Positions 1 to 13,952 are shown, counted from the first letter of the whole stretch. The stretch: 62,987 bases of DNA, filler included, from Octopus bimaculoides (GCF_001194135.2; 4 parts of 4 records of this genome joined end to end with filler, not necessarily neighbours in it); one strand, 5' to 3'. Notes: generated by a model not told the origin, from the sequence alone. Made by a program: numbers and translations.

Positions 1-290
1 GATAGATAGATAGATAGATAGATAGATAGAAGGATAGAGAGAAAGAGACGGATACAAATACAGACGGACACTGAGGGAGACATATACAAACACGTATAAA
101 TAATTTATTCTGTTTGTGTCACGTACGACAAATACCCTCTCCCCTTTTAAAGGGTCATTCCACGCTCTTTTGTCATGCTGTAGCTATTTAAATTTAATTA
201 CAGTTTGTGTCAAAGTTATTTTTGTCCTTTAATTTATCTATTTAATCACATTACAATGATTACCTCCCCTTGCTTTGCTTTTCTATCCAG

Positions 291-356
291 CCTCCATTCG
301 CATTCCGCTTGACACTTGCGTGCTCTCATACAATATGCAGAGTGTGATTATGCTTC
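291..356 (+). CDS. Candidate internal exon of an unidentified gene
   Basis: Polypyrimidine acceptor ttttctatccag and donor C|gtaaga. 66 nt, symmetric phase 1, one open frame: SIRIPLDTCVLSYNMQSVIML. Protein not recognised. Confidence 0.35.
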
Positions 357-399
357 GTAAGAGCATATATGATTGTGGGTGAGTGTGCGCGGTTCTGAG

Positions 400-822
400 T
401 GGTCGTACGTGTGTGTGTGTGTATGCGTATGTGTGAGTGTGTGTGTATATGTCAGTGTGTTTGCGATTTTGTGTACGAAAGTGTGTGGAATTCGTGGTGT
501 GTGTGTGTGTGTGCGTACTGTCCTTTGAGAATATGTGTATTTGGGTAAGTATTGTAAACGTGTGTGTTATGTGACCGACTTCTCTGGCGTTGAACCTCCT
601 TTTGTGTGTGTTTGTGTGTGTGACAGAGAGAGAGAGAAAGAGAGAGAGAGTGTGTGTAAGTGTATGTGTGAACGTATGTGAACATATGCATACATGCATG
701 TATATATTTGCGTGTATATATACGTCTGTAAGTGCGTATGTTTGTGAAAGTGTCTACATACATACATACATACATACATACGCACATATATGGATAGATA
801 TAGATATATACATGCATATATA

Positions 823-892
<70 letters not shown>

Positions 893-980
893 GGTAGATG
901 TATATATAGATGTAGATGTATATATATACGTGCACATATACAGAAATGTGCAGGTATGTATTATATATATATATATATAA
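400..980. repeat. Compound (TG)/(GA)/(TA)n microsatellite field; (GATA)n at 1-30
   Basis: Direct inspection. Confidence 0.95.
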
Positions 981-1398
981 TATTTTCGTTTCAAAAGTTT
1001 CTCACCAATTGAGAGAGATCGTATTTCAAAATGATCAACAGGGTTCTTTCATTGAAATTTAGCGAACTTCATCTGCTTACTGGTGTGAGTATGTGTGTGT
1101 AATTATGAATCTATGGTTGTGTGTATGAATCTAGTCCTGTCGATTGTATATTTTGATGTAACCATTTTGGATATTTGTCACCTTTTCGGAACGAGGCATG
1201 GCGATTGCATTTATAATTTCAGAGATGCATCAACCAGGTTGTCGAAGGAGGCATTTCTGCTGCATCTCTGCCCAAGGCAGAAATGCATCAGACAAGACAC
1301 ACCATGTCGAGCAGGAGTGGGATTGCGCTTGTAAATAGTCGTTGGCTGGCAGCCTGTTTCATATATTTGAACTCTAAACATTAACTTAAAATAAGATC

Positions 1399-1521
1399 AG
1401 GCGTATCTGTGTGGTAAGAACTTTGATTCCAAACCACATGGTTCCGGGTTCAGTTCTACTGCGTGGCATCTTGGGCAAGTGTCTTCTGCTATAGCCTCAG
1501 ACCGACCAAAGCCTTGTGAGC
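1399..1521 (+). mobile_element. SINE family A 5' half
   Basis: ctgtgtggtaag...ggttccgggttcag...gccttgtgag. Confidence 0.85.
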
Positions 1522-2172
1522 CGCGTTTGTTTGTTTGTCCGTGCACAAGATATCTAAAGAACTGCTGGATGGATTCGGATGAAACTTTCAGGGAGTTTGG
1601 CTTCGTGACTAGCACGAACTGATTAGATTTTGGGATTGACCGGGATTTGGGGATTGACAAGAATTCTGGATTATTNNNNNNNNNNNNNNNNNNNNNNNNN
1701 NNNNNNNNNNNNNNNNNNNNNNNNNNNNNNNNNNNNNNNNNNNNNNNNNNNNNNNNNNNNNNNNNNNNNNNNNNNNNNNNNNNNNNNNNNNNNNNNNNNN
1801 NNNNNNNNNNNNNNNNNNNNNNNNNNNNNNNNNNNNNNNNNNNNNNNNNNNNNNNNNNNNNNNNNNNNNNNNNNNNNNNNNNNNNNNNNNNNNNNNNNNN
1901 NNNNNNNNNNNNNNNNNNNNNNNNNNNNNNNNNNNNNNNNNNNNNNNNNNNNNNNNNNNNNNNNNNNNNNNNNNNNNNNNNNNNNNNNNNNNNNNNNNNN
2001 NNNNNNNNNNNNNNNNNNNNNNNNNNNNNNNNNNNNNNNNNNNNNNNNNNNNNNNNNNNNNNNNNNNNNNNNNNNNNNNNNNNNNNNNNNNNNNNNNNNN
2101 NNNNNNNNNNNNNNNNNNNNNNNNNNNNNNNNNNNNNNNNNNNNNNNNNNNNNNNNNNNNNNNNNNNNNNNN

Positions 2173-2353
2173 ATCATCAAGACGGTGAGCTGGCAGAAAC
2201 GTTAGCACTCCGGGCAAAATGCTTACGGGTATTTCGCCTGTCTTAACGTTCTGAGTTCAAATTCCGCCGAGGTCGACTTTGTCTTTCATCCTTTCGGGGT
2301 CGATGAATTAGGTACCAGTGAAAACTTGAGGACTTGTGCCTATAGTAGAAAGG

Positions 2354-2394
<41 letters not shown>

Positions 2395-2655
2395 CATTAT
2401 TATTATTAATATTATTATTATTATAATTATCATCAAGACGGTGAGCTAGGCGAAACGTTAGCACTCTGGGTGAAATGCTTACGGGTATTTCGTCTGTCTT
2501 TACGTACTGAGTTCAAATTTCGCCGAGGTCGACTTTGCCTTTCATCTTTTCGGGGTCGATAATTTAAGCACCAGTGAAAATTCCAGGACTTGTGCCTATA
2601 GCAGAAAGGATTATTATTATCATTATTATTATTATTATTATTATTATCGTTATTA

Positions 2656-2687
<32 letters not shown>

Positions 2688-2690
2688 TAT
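2173..2690 (+). mobile_element. Tandem pair of tRNA-derived SINE family B plus (TAT)n
   Basis: Units start at 2173 and 2429 (256-bp period) with ggtgagct(g)gcagaaacgttagc head, B-box gagttcaaat, and a shared internal deletion. Confidence 0.85.
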
Positions 2691-3196
2691 TCTTGACTTA
2701 AGGAAAGACACGAAGAGTGACCTTTCTGAAAGAATTAGGTACAACTTGAAAATCTTTTTTAATTATATATTTTTTTATTTTACCATTCCGATTATTATCA
2801 TTATTATTAATTTATTTCTCTTTCCACCCACCTACCCACACACCCTTTTCTNNNNNNNNNNNNNNNNNNNNNNNNNNNNNNNNNNNNNNNNNNNNNNNNN
2901 NNNNNNNNNNNNNNNNNNNNNNNNNNNNNNNNNNNNNNNNNNNNNNNNNNNNNNNNNNNNNNNNNNNNNNNNNNNNNNNNNNNNNNNNNNNNNNNNNNNN
3001 NNNNNNNNNNNNNNNNNNNNNNNNNNNNNNNNNNNNNNNNNNNNNNNNNNNNNNNNNNNNNNNNNNNNNNNNNNNNNNNNNNNNNNNNNNNNNNNNNNNN
3101 NNNNNNNNNNNNNNNNNNNNNNNNNNNNNNNNNNNNNNNNNNNNNNNNNNNNNNNNNNNNNNNNNNNNNNNNNNNNNNNNNNNNNNNNNNNNNNNN

Positions 3197-3280
<84 letters not shown>

Positions 3281-3373
3281 CGTATGCGTATGTATAAATG
3301 TTATATATATATGTGTGTGTACGTATCTACATGTATGTGTATGTGTGTATGTATATGTATCAATGTCTACAAA

Positions 3374-3411
<38 letters not shown>

Positions 3412-3876
3412 ATCATATATATATATATCTCAACATGTATGTATGTGTGTGTATGTAAATGTGTGTGTGAGTGTGTATGTACATAAGTGTGTATGTACAT
3501 ATGAGTCTATGCATATATATTCGTGTATTTATATATATATAGGTGTTAGTGTGTGTGTATATCTATCTATTTGTATATATATATGCCTCTATATTTATGT
3601 ATATTTGTGAGTGTGTGCTTGTGTATGTATAAATATATTATACGTACACGAACACACACGCACTCCAAAACACATACACACACATATACACAAACTTACA
3701 AGCACTTACTTTCACACGCACAAATATATACACTTTCATTTTCTCCCCCACAAGAACTTTAAAAACACGACACAACAAAAAACAAACAAGCAAATTCGCA
3801 GCTAAAATCTATATACACACACACATATATACATACATACATACATATATATATACACATATATATATATATACAC

Positions 3877-3957
<81 letters not shown>

Positions 3958-4701
3958 GATGTATGGGGAATAGATGTATGTATATGTACATATAGACTCT
4001 TATATAAATACATACATCTATATACATATATAAATACATATGTGTGTGTACTAAAAACTACACTTCAAAAAATCCTAGCCATATATATATATATATATAT
4101 ATATAAGCATTTATAGCCAACAAGCCAGACAAAAAACAAATCACAAAATTAAAAAATAACCGTAAAAATGTATTATGATAAAAAATAGATATAAATACAA
4201 TAATAAAACAATAGAAAACAATAGCAACAATGGACAAACAAGAAATACAAAATTTCTGAAATCAACCACAAAAATACATTCTATCGAGTCGCATGTCGAA
4301 ATCTGTGTTTAGAAACCCATTATTTTCTTAAGTTACACTCGGCTCTGGGTTATACAGTCACACGCTGTGTAACTAACACATAAACATGTACAAATGTGTA
4401 TGCATCTGTGCGTGTGTATGTAGAAATACATGCACACACACACATATATATATATGTATGTATATATATATATGTCTGCGTGTGCATATATTAAATATAT
4501 ATATAAGCATTCACACATATACGTACACGCAGACATATATACACGTTTATATACACATTCATATATGTATGTTCGTATACTTACATATGCACACACACAT
4601 ATATACATATATGTACATATATACATATATACATATTGCATACATACATATACTCACATATACATCTATACACATATACATATATATATATATACATATA
4701 A

Positions 4702-4752
<51 letters not shown>

Positions 4753-4890
4753 GACATTTGCATATCTCCATATATACGATCGCGCGCACGCACACACACA
4801 CACACACACACACAAATATATATATATATTATATGTACATACATATATACTCGTATATATACATACGTATATACACACATATATGTATGT
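3197..4890. repeat. Compound (TG)/(TA)/(CA)n microsatellite field
   Basis: Direct inspection. Confidence 0.9.
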
Positions 4891-5263
4891 TCGAATGGTT
4901 GCGTCTGGCATTATGTTGGAGTGTTTACTGTCCTACAAATAAAACATAGAAGATACCACACAAATATAAAATTTGAGAGAGAGCTAAAGAGACCAACAGA
5001 CAGACACGCAGACGACACGAAGTAGGGGGACCTTTCGGAATACAAAGGTTGATTTCAGTGTTGGGGCAAGGATGTTTAGAGGGTCCAAAATCTCAAACTG
5101 TAGAACGAGACACAAAATAATAATGCTTGAAATTCAATACTGATGGTTGAGAAGTTTCTTGTTTAAAATGTAACGTTCGGGTCAATTGTAGATTTGCACG
5201 TCGAGTGTATTTGGGACTGGGGTCAGGTGTTTGAAAATGCCGACAAGCACGATAGTATGCCTA

Positions 5264-5295
<32 letters not shown>

Positions 5296-5513
5296 CATAG
5301 ATATATCCGACAGGATATATTATATTATATATATATATAATATCCTATCGGTGGCGTGTAAGTTTCACAGTCGTGCTGGAGCTCCAGCATGACGCAGCCA
5401 CATGGCTGAAAGGAATTGAAGAATAAAAAAATCTATACTCATATGCATTCGTATACATACACACGTATACGCACATACATAAATACGCACACACTCACAT
5501 ATATGTGAGTGTG

Positions 5514-5556
<43 letters not shown>

Positions 5557-6108
5557 NNNNNNNNNNNNNNNNNNNNNNNNNNNNNNNNNNNNNNNNNNNN
5601 NNNNNNNNNNNNNNNNNNNNNNNNNNNNNNNNNNNNNNNNNNNNNNNNNNNNNNNNNNNNNNNNNNNNNNNNNNNNNNNNNNNNNNNNNNNNNNNNNNNN
5701 NNNNNNNNNNNNNNNNNNNNNNNNNNNNNNNNNNNNNNNNNNNNNNNNNNNNNNNNNNNNNNNNNNNNNNNNNNNNNNNNNNNNNNNNNNNNNNNNNNNN
5801 NNNNNNNNNNNNNNNNNNNNNNNNNNNNNNNNNNNNNNNNNNNNNNNNNNNNNNNNNNNNNNNNNNNNNNNNNNNNNNNNNNNNNNNNNNNNNNNNNNNN
5901 NNNNNNNNNNNNNNNNNNNNNNNNNNNNNNNNNNNNNNNNNNNNNNNNNNNNNNNNNNNNNNNNNNNNNNNNNNNNNNNNNNNNNNNNNNNNNNNNNNNN
6001 NNNNNNNNNNNNNNNNNNNNNNNNNNNNNNNNNNNNNNNNNNNNNNNNNNNNNNNNNNNNNNNNNNNNNNNNNNNNNNNNNNNNNNNNNNNNNNNNNNNN
6101 NNNNNNNN

Positions 6109-6305
6109 GTTTCAGTCATTTGACTGTGGCCATGCTGGAGCACCGCCTTTAGTCGAGCAAATCGACCCCAGGACTTATTCTTTGTAAGCCTAGTACTTAT
6201 TCTATCGGTCTCTTTTTGCCGAATCGCTAAGTTACGGGGACGTAAACACACCAGCATCGGTTGTCAAGCGATGTTGGGGGGGGGGGACAAACACAGACAC
6301 ACAAA
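6109..6305 (-). mobile_element. SINE family A 3' half
   Basis: Reverse-complement match. Confidence 0.85.
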
Positions 6306-6507
6306 CATGTTTATAAAATAATTATGATATGATAAAAAACATTGTCAGTTTTTATTATATTCATTATATATATTGTTTCCGGTATAAATTAATATTACTA
6401 AGAAATATTACTGGTCCCTGGCACATTGGTAAAAGAAAAAAACTGCTGGTACGCCCTATCAGATGGTTTGAGAAGCACTGATCTACACCAGTAACAACAT
6501 GACGCCG

Positions 6508-6789
6508 GAACACAGCACTCCGTCGGTTGCGACGACGAGGGTCTCAGCTGATACGATCAACGGAACAGCTTGCTCGAGAAATTAACGCGCAAGTGGTTGA
6601 GCACTCCTCAGAGACGTGTACCCTTAACGTAGTACTCATGGAGATTTAGCTTGACACAAAGTGGGACAAGGCCGGCCCTTTGAAATAGAGGTACCACATA
6701 TTTTTGCCAGTTGAGTGGACTGGGGGTCGATGTAATCGACTAGTCCCTCCCCCAAAATTGCAGGCCTTGTGCCTATAATAGAAATGACG

Positions 6790-6790
<1 letters not shown>
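6508..6790. mobile_element. Third SINE family body (minus) fused to a family B 3' end (plus)
   Basis: GC-rich interspersed-repeat body gcactccgtcggtt...gagtggactg, then ggggtcgatgtaatcgac...gtgcctata. The SINE identity is recalled, not shown within the window. Confidence 0.55.
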
Positions 6791-6831
<41 letters not shown>

Positions 6832-6909
6832 GCTATTATTGAACGCTGGGATCACTCACTTACCTAACTTCCCCCAAACTTGCTGGCCTTGTGCCAAAAG
6901 TTGAAATCA

Positions 6910-8160
6910 TTATTATTAAATTGTAATCATCATCGTCATTATGGACATCATTAACATCATTATTATTATTATCCTTATTAACAACATTAATATCATCACA
7001 ATCATCATCATCAACAACAACACCACCATGTTAAGAAAACATACAATGTCCTTCGAAGACTCGTCATTGGTGGGGGAGCGGCGACATTTGGGAGATCGGA
7101 AGAAGATGTAAAATGATGGCTTCGATATAGCAGTGGTGATGGTAGTGGTGGTTGTGGTGGCTGTGGTGGTGGTGGTGGTGGTTAGCGTTAGCTTTGAAGA
7201 GGTGGTAGGTGGAGACTTGGTGAAGAAAAAGTATAAATAGCAAAGATACAAACCAGATGCAGCGATGGAGGTCAGATGTACGTGTGGAGGGCGCGGTTGG
7301 CTGGGCTAAATTGTGATAACGCAGAAGAATAGGTGATGATGGTAATGATGGTGGAAAGGAGAATAATGNNNNNNNNNNNNNNNNNNNNNNNNNNNNNNNN
7401 NNNNNNNNNNNNNNNNNNNNNNNNNNNNNNNNNNNNNNNNNNNNNNNNNNNNNNNNNNNNNNNNNNNNNNNNNNNNNNNNNNNNNNNNNNNNNNNNNNNN
7501 NNNNNNNNNNNNNNNNNNNNNNNNNNNNNNNNNNNNNNNNNNNNNNNNNNNNNNNNNNNNNNNNNNNNNNNNNNNNNNNNNNNNNNNNNNNNNNNNNNNN
7601 NNNNNNNNNNNNNNNNNNNNNNNNNNNNNNNNNNNNNNNNNNNNNNNNNNNNNNNNNNNNNNNNNNNNNNNNNNNNNNNNNNNNNNNNNNNNNNNNNNNN
7701 NNNNNNNNNNNNNNNNNNNNNNNNNNNNNNNNNNNNNNNNNNNNNNNNNNNNNNNNNNNNNNNNNNNNNNNNNNNNNNNNNNNNNNNNNNNNNTTGTTGG
7801 TGGTGGTGGTGGTGTTGATGGTGAGGTTATTGTTGTTGGTAATGGTGGTGGAAGTGTTGATGGTGAGGGTGGTGGTGGTAGGGGTGATGGTGACGGTGAG
7901 ATTGTTTTTGTTGTTGGTGGTGGTGGTGGTGGTAGTGAGGTTGCTGTAGTTGATGGCGATGCTAATGATGGTGGTGGTGGTCGTCGTGGCGATGGTATTG
8001 ATGGTGGTGGCGGCGTTGGTGACTGCAATGATAAAGCGGAAGTGTCGATCTTTGAGAAGCAAGATGGAAACTACAAATTCAACATCAACAACGAATTGAC
8101 TAAAACAACAACAACAACTATACGATAACGACAATGATGATGATGATGATGATGATGAGG
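6910..8160. repeat. Degenerate (GGT)/(GAT)/(CAT) trinucleotide low-complexity region spanning a gap
   Basis: Direct inspection. Confidence 0.85.
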
Positions 8161-8436
8161 ATAATGGATGTGATTTAGCCAAAATATACAAACACAAATG
8201 CGATGAAATATATGCTAGTATACTAATACATAAAACTACGTTCGTATAATTACCATCATTACCATCATCGTATAATTATTAGTTTAAAGTTTAATGAAAT
8301 ATAGAAAGGGAAAGATTAAGGAAATGAAAATATTTTGACGATTCGGGATTAAGCGCTTCTTCAAAAAGTTACATTGAGTGAAAAGCAAAGACGGAACGAA
8401 GAAAAACAGGAGTAATGAAAGATAGTGTGTCGTTAC

Positions 8437-8492
8437 AGCATAGCTACTGCGAGCTTCCCATAAAACTTTCTCCTGGAGAATTTTATGTGAAA
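8437..8492 (-). CDS. Candidate exon of an unidentified gene
   Basis: Very strong acceptor (T-tract...tttttgttag) and donor GCT|gtaacg. Open frames SHKILQEKVLWEARSSYA or FHIKFSRRKFYGKLAVAM. Not recognised. Confidence 0.25.
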
Positions 8493-9028
8493 CTAACAAA
8501 AAGAAAAAAAAAAAACTCGCGACTGACAGACATGCAATAAGATTTATATATCTGAATAAATACTGTTGTTTCCCCAGAATACGTAAATTGAATTTTTACT
8601 TCCATTCTGAGCATTCTGGGAATTTTTTTTTTGGTTGAGAAGAAATATTACAAAGTTAATTCCAACAACAATTTTTCAAATAATAAAAAAAAAATAATAA
8701 AAAAATAAATAAATAAAATTCCCAGAAAATTCATATTAGAAGTAAATAAGAACTTCCTGTATTGTCTGAAACAACATCCTTTATTCGGGATCCAAGGATC
8801 TAGTCAGATCACTTTCGTGACACATGGCAAAATTTTTAACAGCCGCTGTGAAACTGACACATGCGTCATGTAACTCAGACCTATGTTTTTGTCTGAGTGT
8901 GAGTGTGTGCGTGTGTGAGTGTGTGTGTGTGTGTGTGTGTATTAAGTGATCTTTGCTTTCTACTTTTCGTGTGGTAATTCCTTCTACCTATGGCAGTCAT
9001 TCGCCAGTTGTAAATGCATATATATATA

Positions 9029-9414
9029 TTCTTTTGCTTGTTTCAATCATTTGACTGCGGCCATGCTGGAGCACCACCTTCAGTCGAACAAATCAATCCC
9101 AGAACTAATTCTTTCTAAGCCTTGTACTTATTCTATCGGTCTCTTTTGAGGAACCGCTAAGCTACGGGGACATAAACACACTGACATTGGTTGTCAAGAG
9201 ATGATGGGGAGACAAACACACAAATATATATATGTATATATATATATATATACGACAAACTTCTTTCAGTGTCCAGTAACCAAATCTACTCGCAAGGCAT
9301 TGGTCGGCCCGAGGATATAGTAGAAGACACTTGCCTGGGGTTCTATGCAGTGGGACTGAACCCGGAACCATGTGGTTTGGAAACAAGCTTCTTACCATAC
9401 AGCCACACCTGCGC

Positions 9415-9416
<2 letters not shown>
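9029..9416 (-). mobile_element. SINE family A, full length
   Basis: Reverse complement of 27681-28086. Confidence 0.9.
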
Positions 9417-9466
<50 letters not shown>

Positions 9467-9530
9467 ACACACACACACACACTCACACACAGACAGACAA
9501 ATGCACATATATAGGAAGATATATACATAC

Positions 9531-9570
<40 letters not shown>

Positions 9571-9719
9571 ATTCTAGTGTGAATATAGGATGGGTTACAG
9601 ATTGTTCGCACATATTTGCATATTCGCCATTCTTTACTACAATTATAGGGTTCATTGCGTAACATTAGTATTAATTATTTAAAACGTACGTGACAGGTGA
9701 TTATATGCAGAAGCGAGAA

Positions 9720-9899
9720 CACGCATATATATATATATATATACACACACACTGACCCACGCTTAAGCAACGACTAAGATATATACACAACCACGTACAG
9801 ATATATATATGTGTGTGTATATGCGTGTGTGTGCGTGTAAACTGATTTACCTTTATGTAAATCAGTTTATATGTTGCATATGTACATATATATAAATGC

Positions 9900-9944
<45 letters not shown>

Positions 9945-10314
9945 AACACACATATATGGGTATACGCGGTTATGTAAATAATTACGTATAGCATAAAGCA
10001 TAAATAATTAATGTGAAAATGACGCTGACGTAATTAATATGATAATTATGGGAAGGAACAGAAGCATATCTGTATATTGTATATGATGTATATATGTATA
10101 TATATACATTTGCCTACGCTATTCATATATATACATATATATATATATGTATATATATATATGCACACATATATACATACACACAGATACAGATATACAC
10201 ACACACATTTATGTACAGTTGTATACATATACATACATATATATACGTATATATACACAAACATGCACATAGAGATATACACACAAATGCATACACTCAC
10301 ATATACAAACACAT

Positions 10315-10362
<48 letters not shown>

Positions 10363-10615
10363 GGAGGCATGAATAAACAGACACATACAGGTGCACTCTC
10401 AGGCACACACATACATATATATATACATGTGTAAACTCATATATATATATATATACACGTGCCTGTATTTATATTTACATACATGACTACAGTTACATTG
10501 TGAATTTATACATACATAAATATACATGCAAGCACGTTTGAGAGTCTATATGTACTCATAAATATATTCATATTTGAATATATACATATTACAAAACATA
10601 CATATATATATATAT

Positions 10616-10655
<40 letters not shown>

Positions 10656-11246
10656 GTGCGTATGTCTATGTATATGCATATGAATGAATGTACGCATATA
10701 TGTCAGTATTTTTGTATAGATGTAACTATATATGCATAGTATGCTGGGTGTCTGGCTACGAATTATGAATTGCAAAAATGGCCCTATTAAAACCTTCGAA
10801 GTTTCCATGCCATCTTGAAGGAATCTAACAGTCCTCATTAATCATGGTAATATTTCCGCCTATTGTCATGTACTGGTATCGAGTATAAACGGTCGGCATA
10901 TATACACCCACATGCAGACATAGATAATGCACACATAAATATAGTTATACACATAAAGTCACTTGCACACACGCTCACTCTCACCGCGCACACGTATGTA
11001 GACAAATATGTGTGTGTGTGTGTGTGTGTGTCTATATGTATCTGTATACATATATACATATATATACTTAAATATATATGTGAATATGTACATATACATA
11101 TTCTTATACACACACACACACACACACATATACATATGTTTATATATGATGAAGATTATGTATCTACATCTATGCATATTTGATTACACAAACATATATA
11201 AATATATACACGTGTGTGTATGCACGCGCGCACGCAATTAAATGTT

Positions 11247-11288
<42 letters not shown>
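9720..11288. repeat. Compound (TA)/(CA)/(TACA)n microsatellite field
   Basis: Direct inspection. Confidence 0.9.
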
Positions 11289-11388
11289 NNNNNNNNNNNN
11301 NNNNNNNNNNNNNNNNNNNNNNNNNNNNNNNNTTAATTAATTAANNNNNNNNNNNNNNNNNNNNNNNNNNNNNNNNNNNNNNNNNNNN
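11289..11388. other. Artificial scaffold linker (also 31942-32040 and 61507-61606)
   Basis: ~44 N + TTAATTAATTAA + ~44 N; the 12-mer places stops in all six frames. Confidence 0.95.
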
Positions 11389-11774
11389 ACACGAAACTCA
11401 GCTTGCGAAGATGAAATCGGGATGGCACCTGTGCCCAGCGTCGCCTTTCTGGCACTTGTGCCCATGGCATGTGTAAGGACTTTCAAGCGAGATCGTTACC
11501 AGTGTCCCTGGACTGGCTCTTGTGCGGGTGGCACATAAAATACACCATTTGAGCCTGGCCGTTGCCAGTACCGCCTGACTGGCCTTCGTGCCGATGGCAC
11601 ATAAAAGCACCCACAACACTGTGGTTGGCGTTAGGAAGGGCATCCAGCTGTAGAAACTCTGCCAAATCAAATTTGAGCCTGGTGTAGCCATCTGGTTTCA
11701 CCAGTCCTCAGTCAAATTGTCCAAACCATGCTAGCATGGAAAGCGTACATTAAATGATGATGATGATGATGATG
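11389..11774 (+). mobile_element. RTE 3'UTR copy with (GAT)n tail
   Basis: Near-identical to 13580-13952; ends in gatgatgat. Confidence 0.8.
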
Positions 11775-11817
11775 AAAGAGAAAAAGAGAGAGAGAGATAG
11801 ACAGTGGGTGTGTGCAC

Positions 11818-12022
11818 ATCATCATCATTGTTTAACGTCCGTTTTCCATGCTAGTATGGGTCGGACAGTTTGACAGGAGCTGAGAGGCCAGAGAACTGCA
11901 CCAGGCTCTAACTGTCCGTTTTGGTGAAGTTTCTACAGATGGATGTTCTTTCTAACACCAACCACATTAGAGTGTACAGGGTGCTTTTTATGTGGCACCA
12001 CCATAGATCCTTTTTAACTGGC
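11818..12022 (-). mobile_element. RTE 3'UTR tail copy
   Basis: Reverse complement of the same tail, starting catcatcat. Confidence 0.7.
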
Positions 12023-12049
12023 ACAAGCATATAGAATACCTCTATCAGT

Positions 12050-12530
12050 CTTCTCTTTTTTCACTCTCATTATACTATAATCTCTGTTTCACAAGGAATA
12101 GGCATGAATCTCTCCTCTTCACAGCACAATGTTTCCAGGGATATCACTGAACCATTTCAATCCTCTCGTTTCCTAATCATCCAACTTCTGTCTCATTCTT
12201 AATGTTTTACTGCTTATATCCATCATAAGGCCTATGTATAAGGAATGTTATATTGATCTGCATACACCCAATACACTTTGCCATTACCTGTTCCATACAC
12301 TCAGTCATCACTTCCTTAACACTGGGTCACTTGTTACTGACATCCATCATTTACTCATCATTTATCCATCTGTATTATTATCTATCACACCTCACACTCT
12401 TTAGCAACATCTCATCCCACTCATTCTATTTCTATCACCACACCAATACTTCCTTCACCTGTCCGTCTTAAGTCTTCTGTCATCACTCTCTCATCTATTC
12501 ACCTTCTCAGCTACATAGCGCTGAGTGAAT
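12050..12530 (-). mobile_element. Highly degenerate LINE-like 3' fragment
   Basis: Purine-rich on the minus strand with broken reading frames; family not resolved. Confidence 0.3.
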
Positions 12531-12607
12531 GACCACATCAAAGAATGATGAGGAATCTTTAAATTTATAAAATTCAAAATAATCCATTCAGAACACTCTG
12601 TAAGGTG

Positions 12608-12810
12608 ACAAATGCAACCACCCTGTAAAATGATTGATGCTAGGAAGAACATCCAGTCATAGATACCAAGCCAAAACAGAAAAATACAAGCGAGACATGG
12701 TCTTTCAACCTATCTGCCACAGTAGTAATTTCAAACAAAAACTGACTCAGACAGTAATGATTCCTCCAACCCATGCCAGCATGGAAAGCAGACTTAAATG
12801 ATGATGATGG
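12608..12810 (+). mobile_element. Diverged RTE 3'UTR tail copy
   Basis: aggaagaacatccag...ccaacccatgccagcatggaaagcagac...gatgatgat. Confidence 0.6.
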
Positions 12811-13057
12811 AAATGTATGCATACTTTTAATTCATGTTCTAGTCAGGAAAGAAAGAGCAATGCCCAAGACATTTTTGCATGGCTTCAGAAGTTGGTGTGG
12901 AGTACAAGTGAGAAAGAAACTGGAGCCCTGGTCTGAATATCTTCAACAGGGTAAACTCCACAGCATTTCAAGCAGTAAATTATTAAGACTGTAACATAAC
13001 TTTAGAAGCTATTTATATAATGAATGATAAAAAACAATAAGGTAAATCTGTACATAC

Positions 13058-13166
13058 CAACAACACTCTGGAAAGTTTCTGATAGTGCAGATCGAAGATA
13101 TGATATATAAAATTCATCTTTTTGATTCGAGCGTAGAATTTCTGCTTGTCCAGCCCTGCGGAACAT
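13058..13166 (-). CDS. PEX10: Peroxisome biogenesis factor 10, first coding exon
   Basis: Translates to MFRRAGQAEILRSNQKDEFYISYLRSALSETFQSVV(G), matching the PEX10 N-terminal motif (recalled human: [33 protein letters not shown]). Acceptor tttcatag precedes 13173 and a phase-1 donor G|gtatgt follows 13058. Downstream exons were not found (probably in gaps or beyond the linker at 11289). Confidence 0.9.
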
Positions 13167-13299
13167 TGTCAGCCTATGAAATACAGAAATACAAGCATAT
13201 TTAATACTGTACATTCTAAAGGTCTTCACTTAATTTCATTTTATTCTGAGTATTAGTACCTTGAGAGAAAAGTTGAACTTATGAAGCATCAGTTGTGGT

Positions 13300-13952
13300 G
13301 TGCAAGAGATGTGATTGCGCTGGTATGGTCATGTAGCGAAAAAGGATGAGGATAGCTGTGTGAAAAAGTGCCACACCCTAGCAATTGCAAATATGCTGTG
13401 CATGAGAAGACCTGGCAAGCCAAGTGAGACGTAAATCTAAGGCCTCAGCCAGTCCACTTATGCATAACTTCCTTCATTGGACACTAAACTCCACTTGCGA
13501 AGACCTGCTGAGGCAAGTGAAATCAAAATCGAGTTAAATTCGACGACTGGCACCCATGCCAACGTCGTCTCCTTCATTGGACACAAAACTCAGCTTGAGA
13601 AGACTTGTTGGGGCAGGCGAAAACAAAATCGTGATAGCACCTGTGCCCAGTGTTGCCTTTCTGGCACTTGTGCCCGCGGCATGTGTAAGGACTTTTTAGC
13701 GAGATCGCTGCCAATGCCCCTGGACTGGCTCTTGTGCGGGTGGCACATAAAATACACCATTTTGAGCGTGGCCATTGCCAGTATCACCTGACTGGCCTTC
13801 GTGCCAGTGGCACGTAAAAGCACCCACTATACTCTCTGAGTGGTTGGCCTTAGGAAGGGCATCCAGCAGTAGAACTCTGGCAAATCAGATTGGAGCCTGG
13901 TCTAGCCATCTGGTTTCACCAGTCCTCAGTTAAATCGTCCAACCCATGCTAG
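13300..13952 (+). mobile_element. RTE LINE 3' end
   Basis: C-terminal WYGHVAKKDEDSCVKKC remnant followed by the same 3'UTR (ggttggc-ttaggaagggcatccag...ccaacccatgctag) seen at 59130-59288. Confidence 0.8.

Noticed and set aside
7021-8197. Pro-rich, Thr-rich, His-rich and Gly-rich frames
   Set aside because: All frames of a degenerate trinucleotide tract look peptide-like; no recognisable domain, and the region is split by a gap.
283-11241. Dozens of long YI/CV/HT-repeat ORFs and ORFs running through X
   Set aside because: Translations of dinucleotide microsatellites and N gaps; the same applies to similar ORFs elsewhere in the window.
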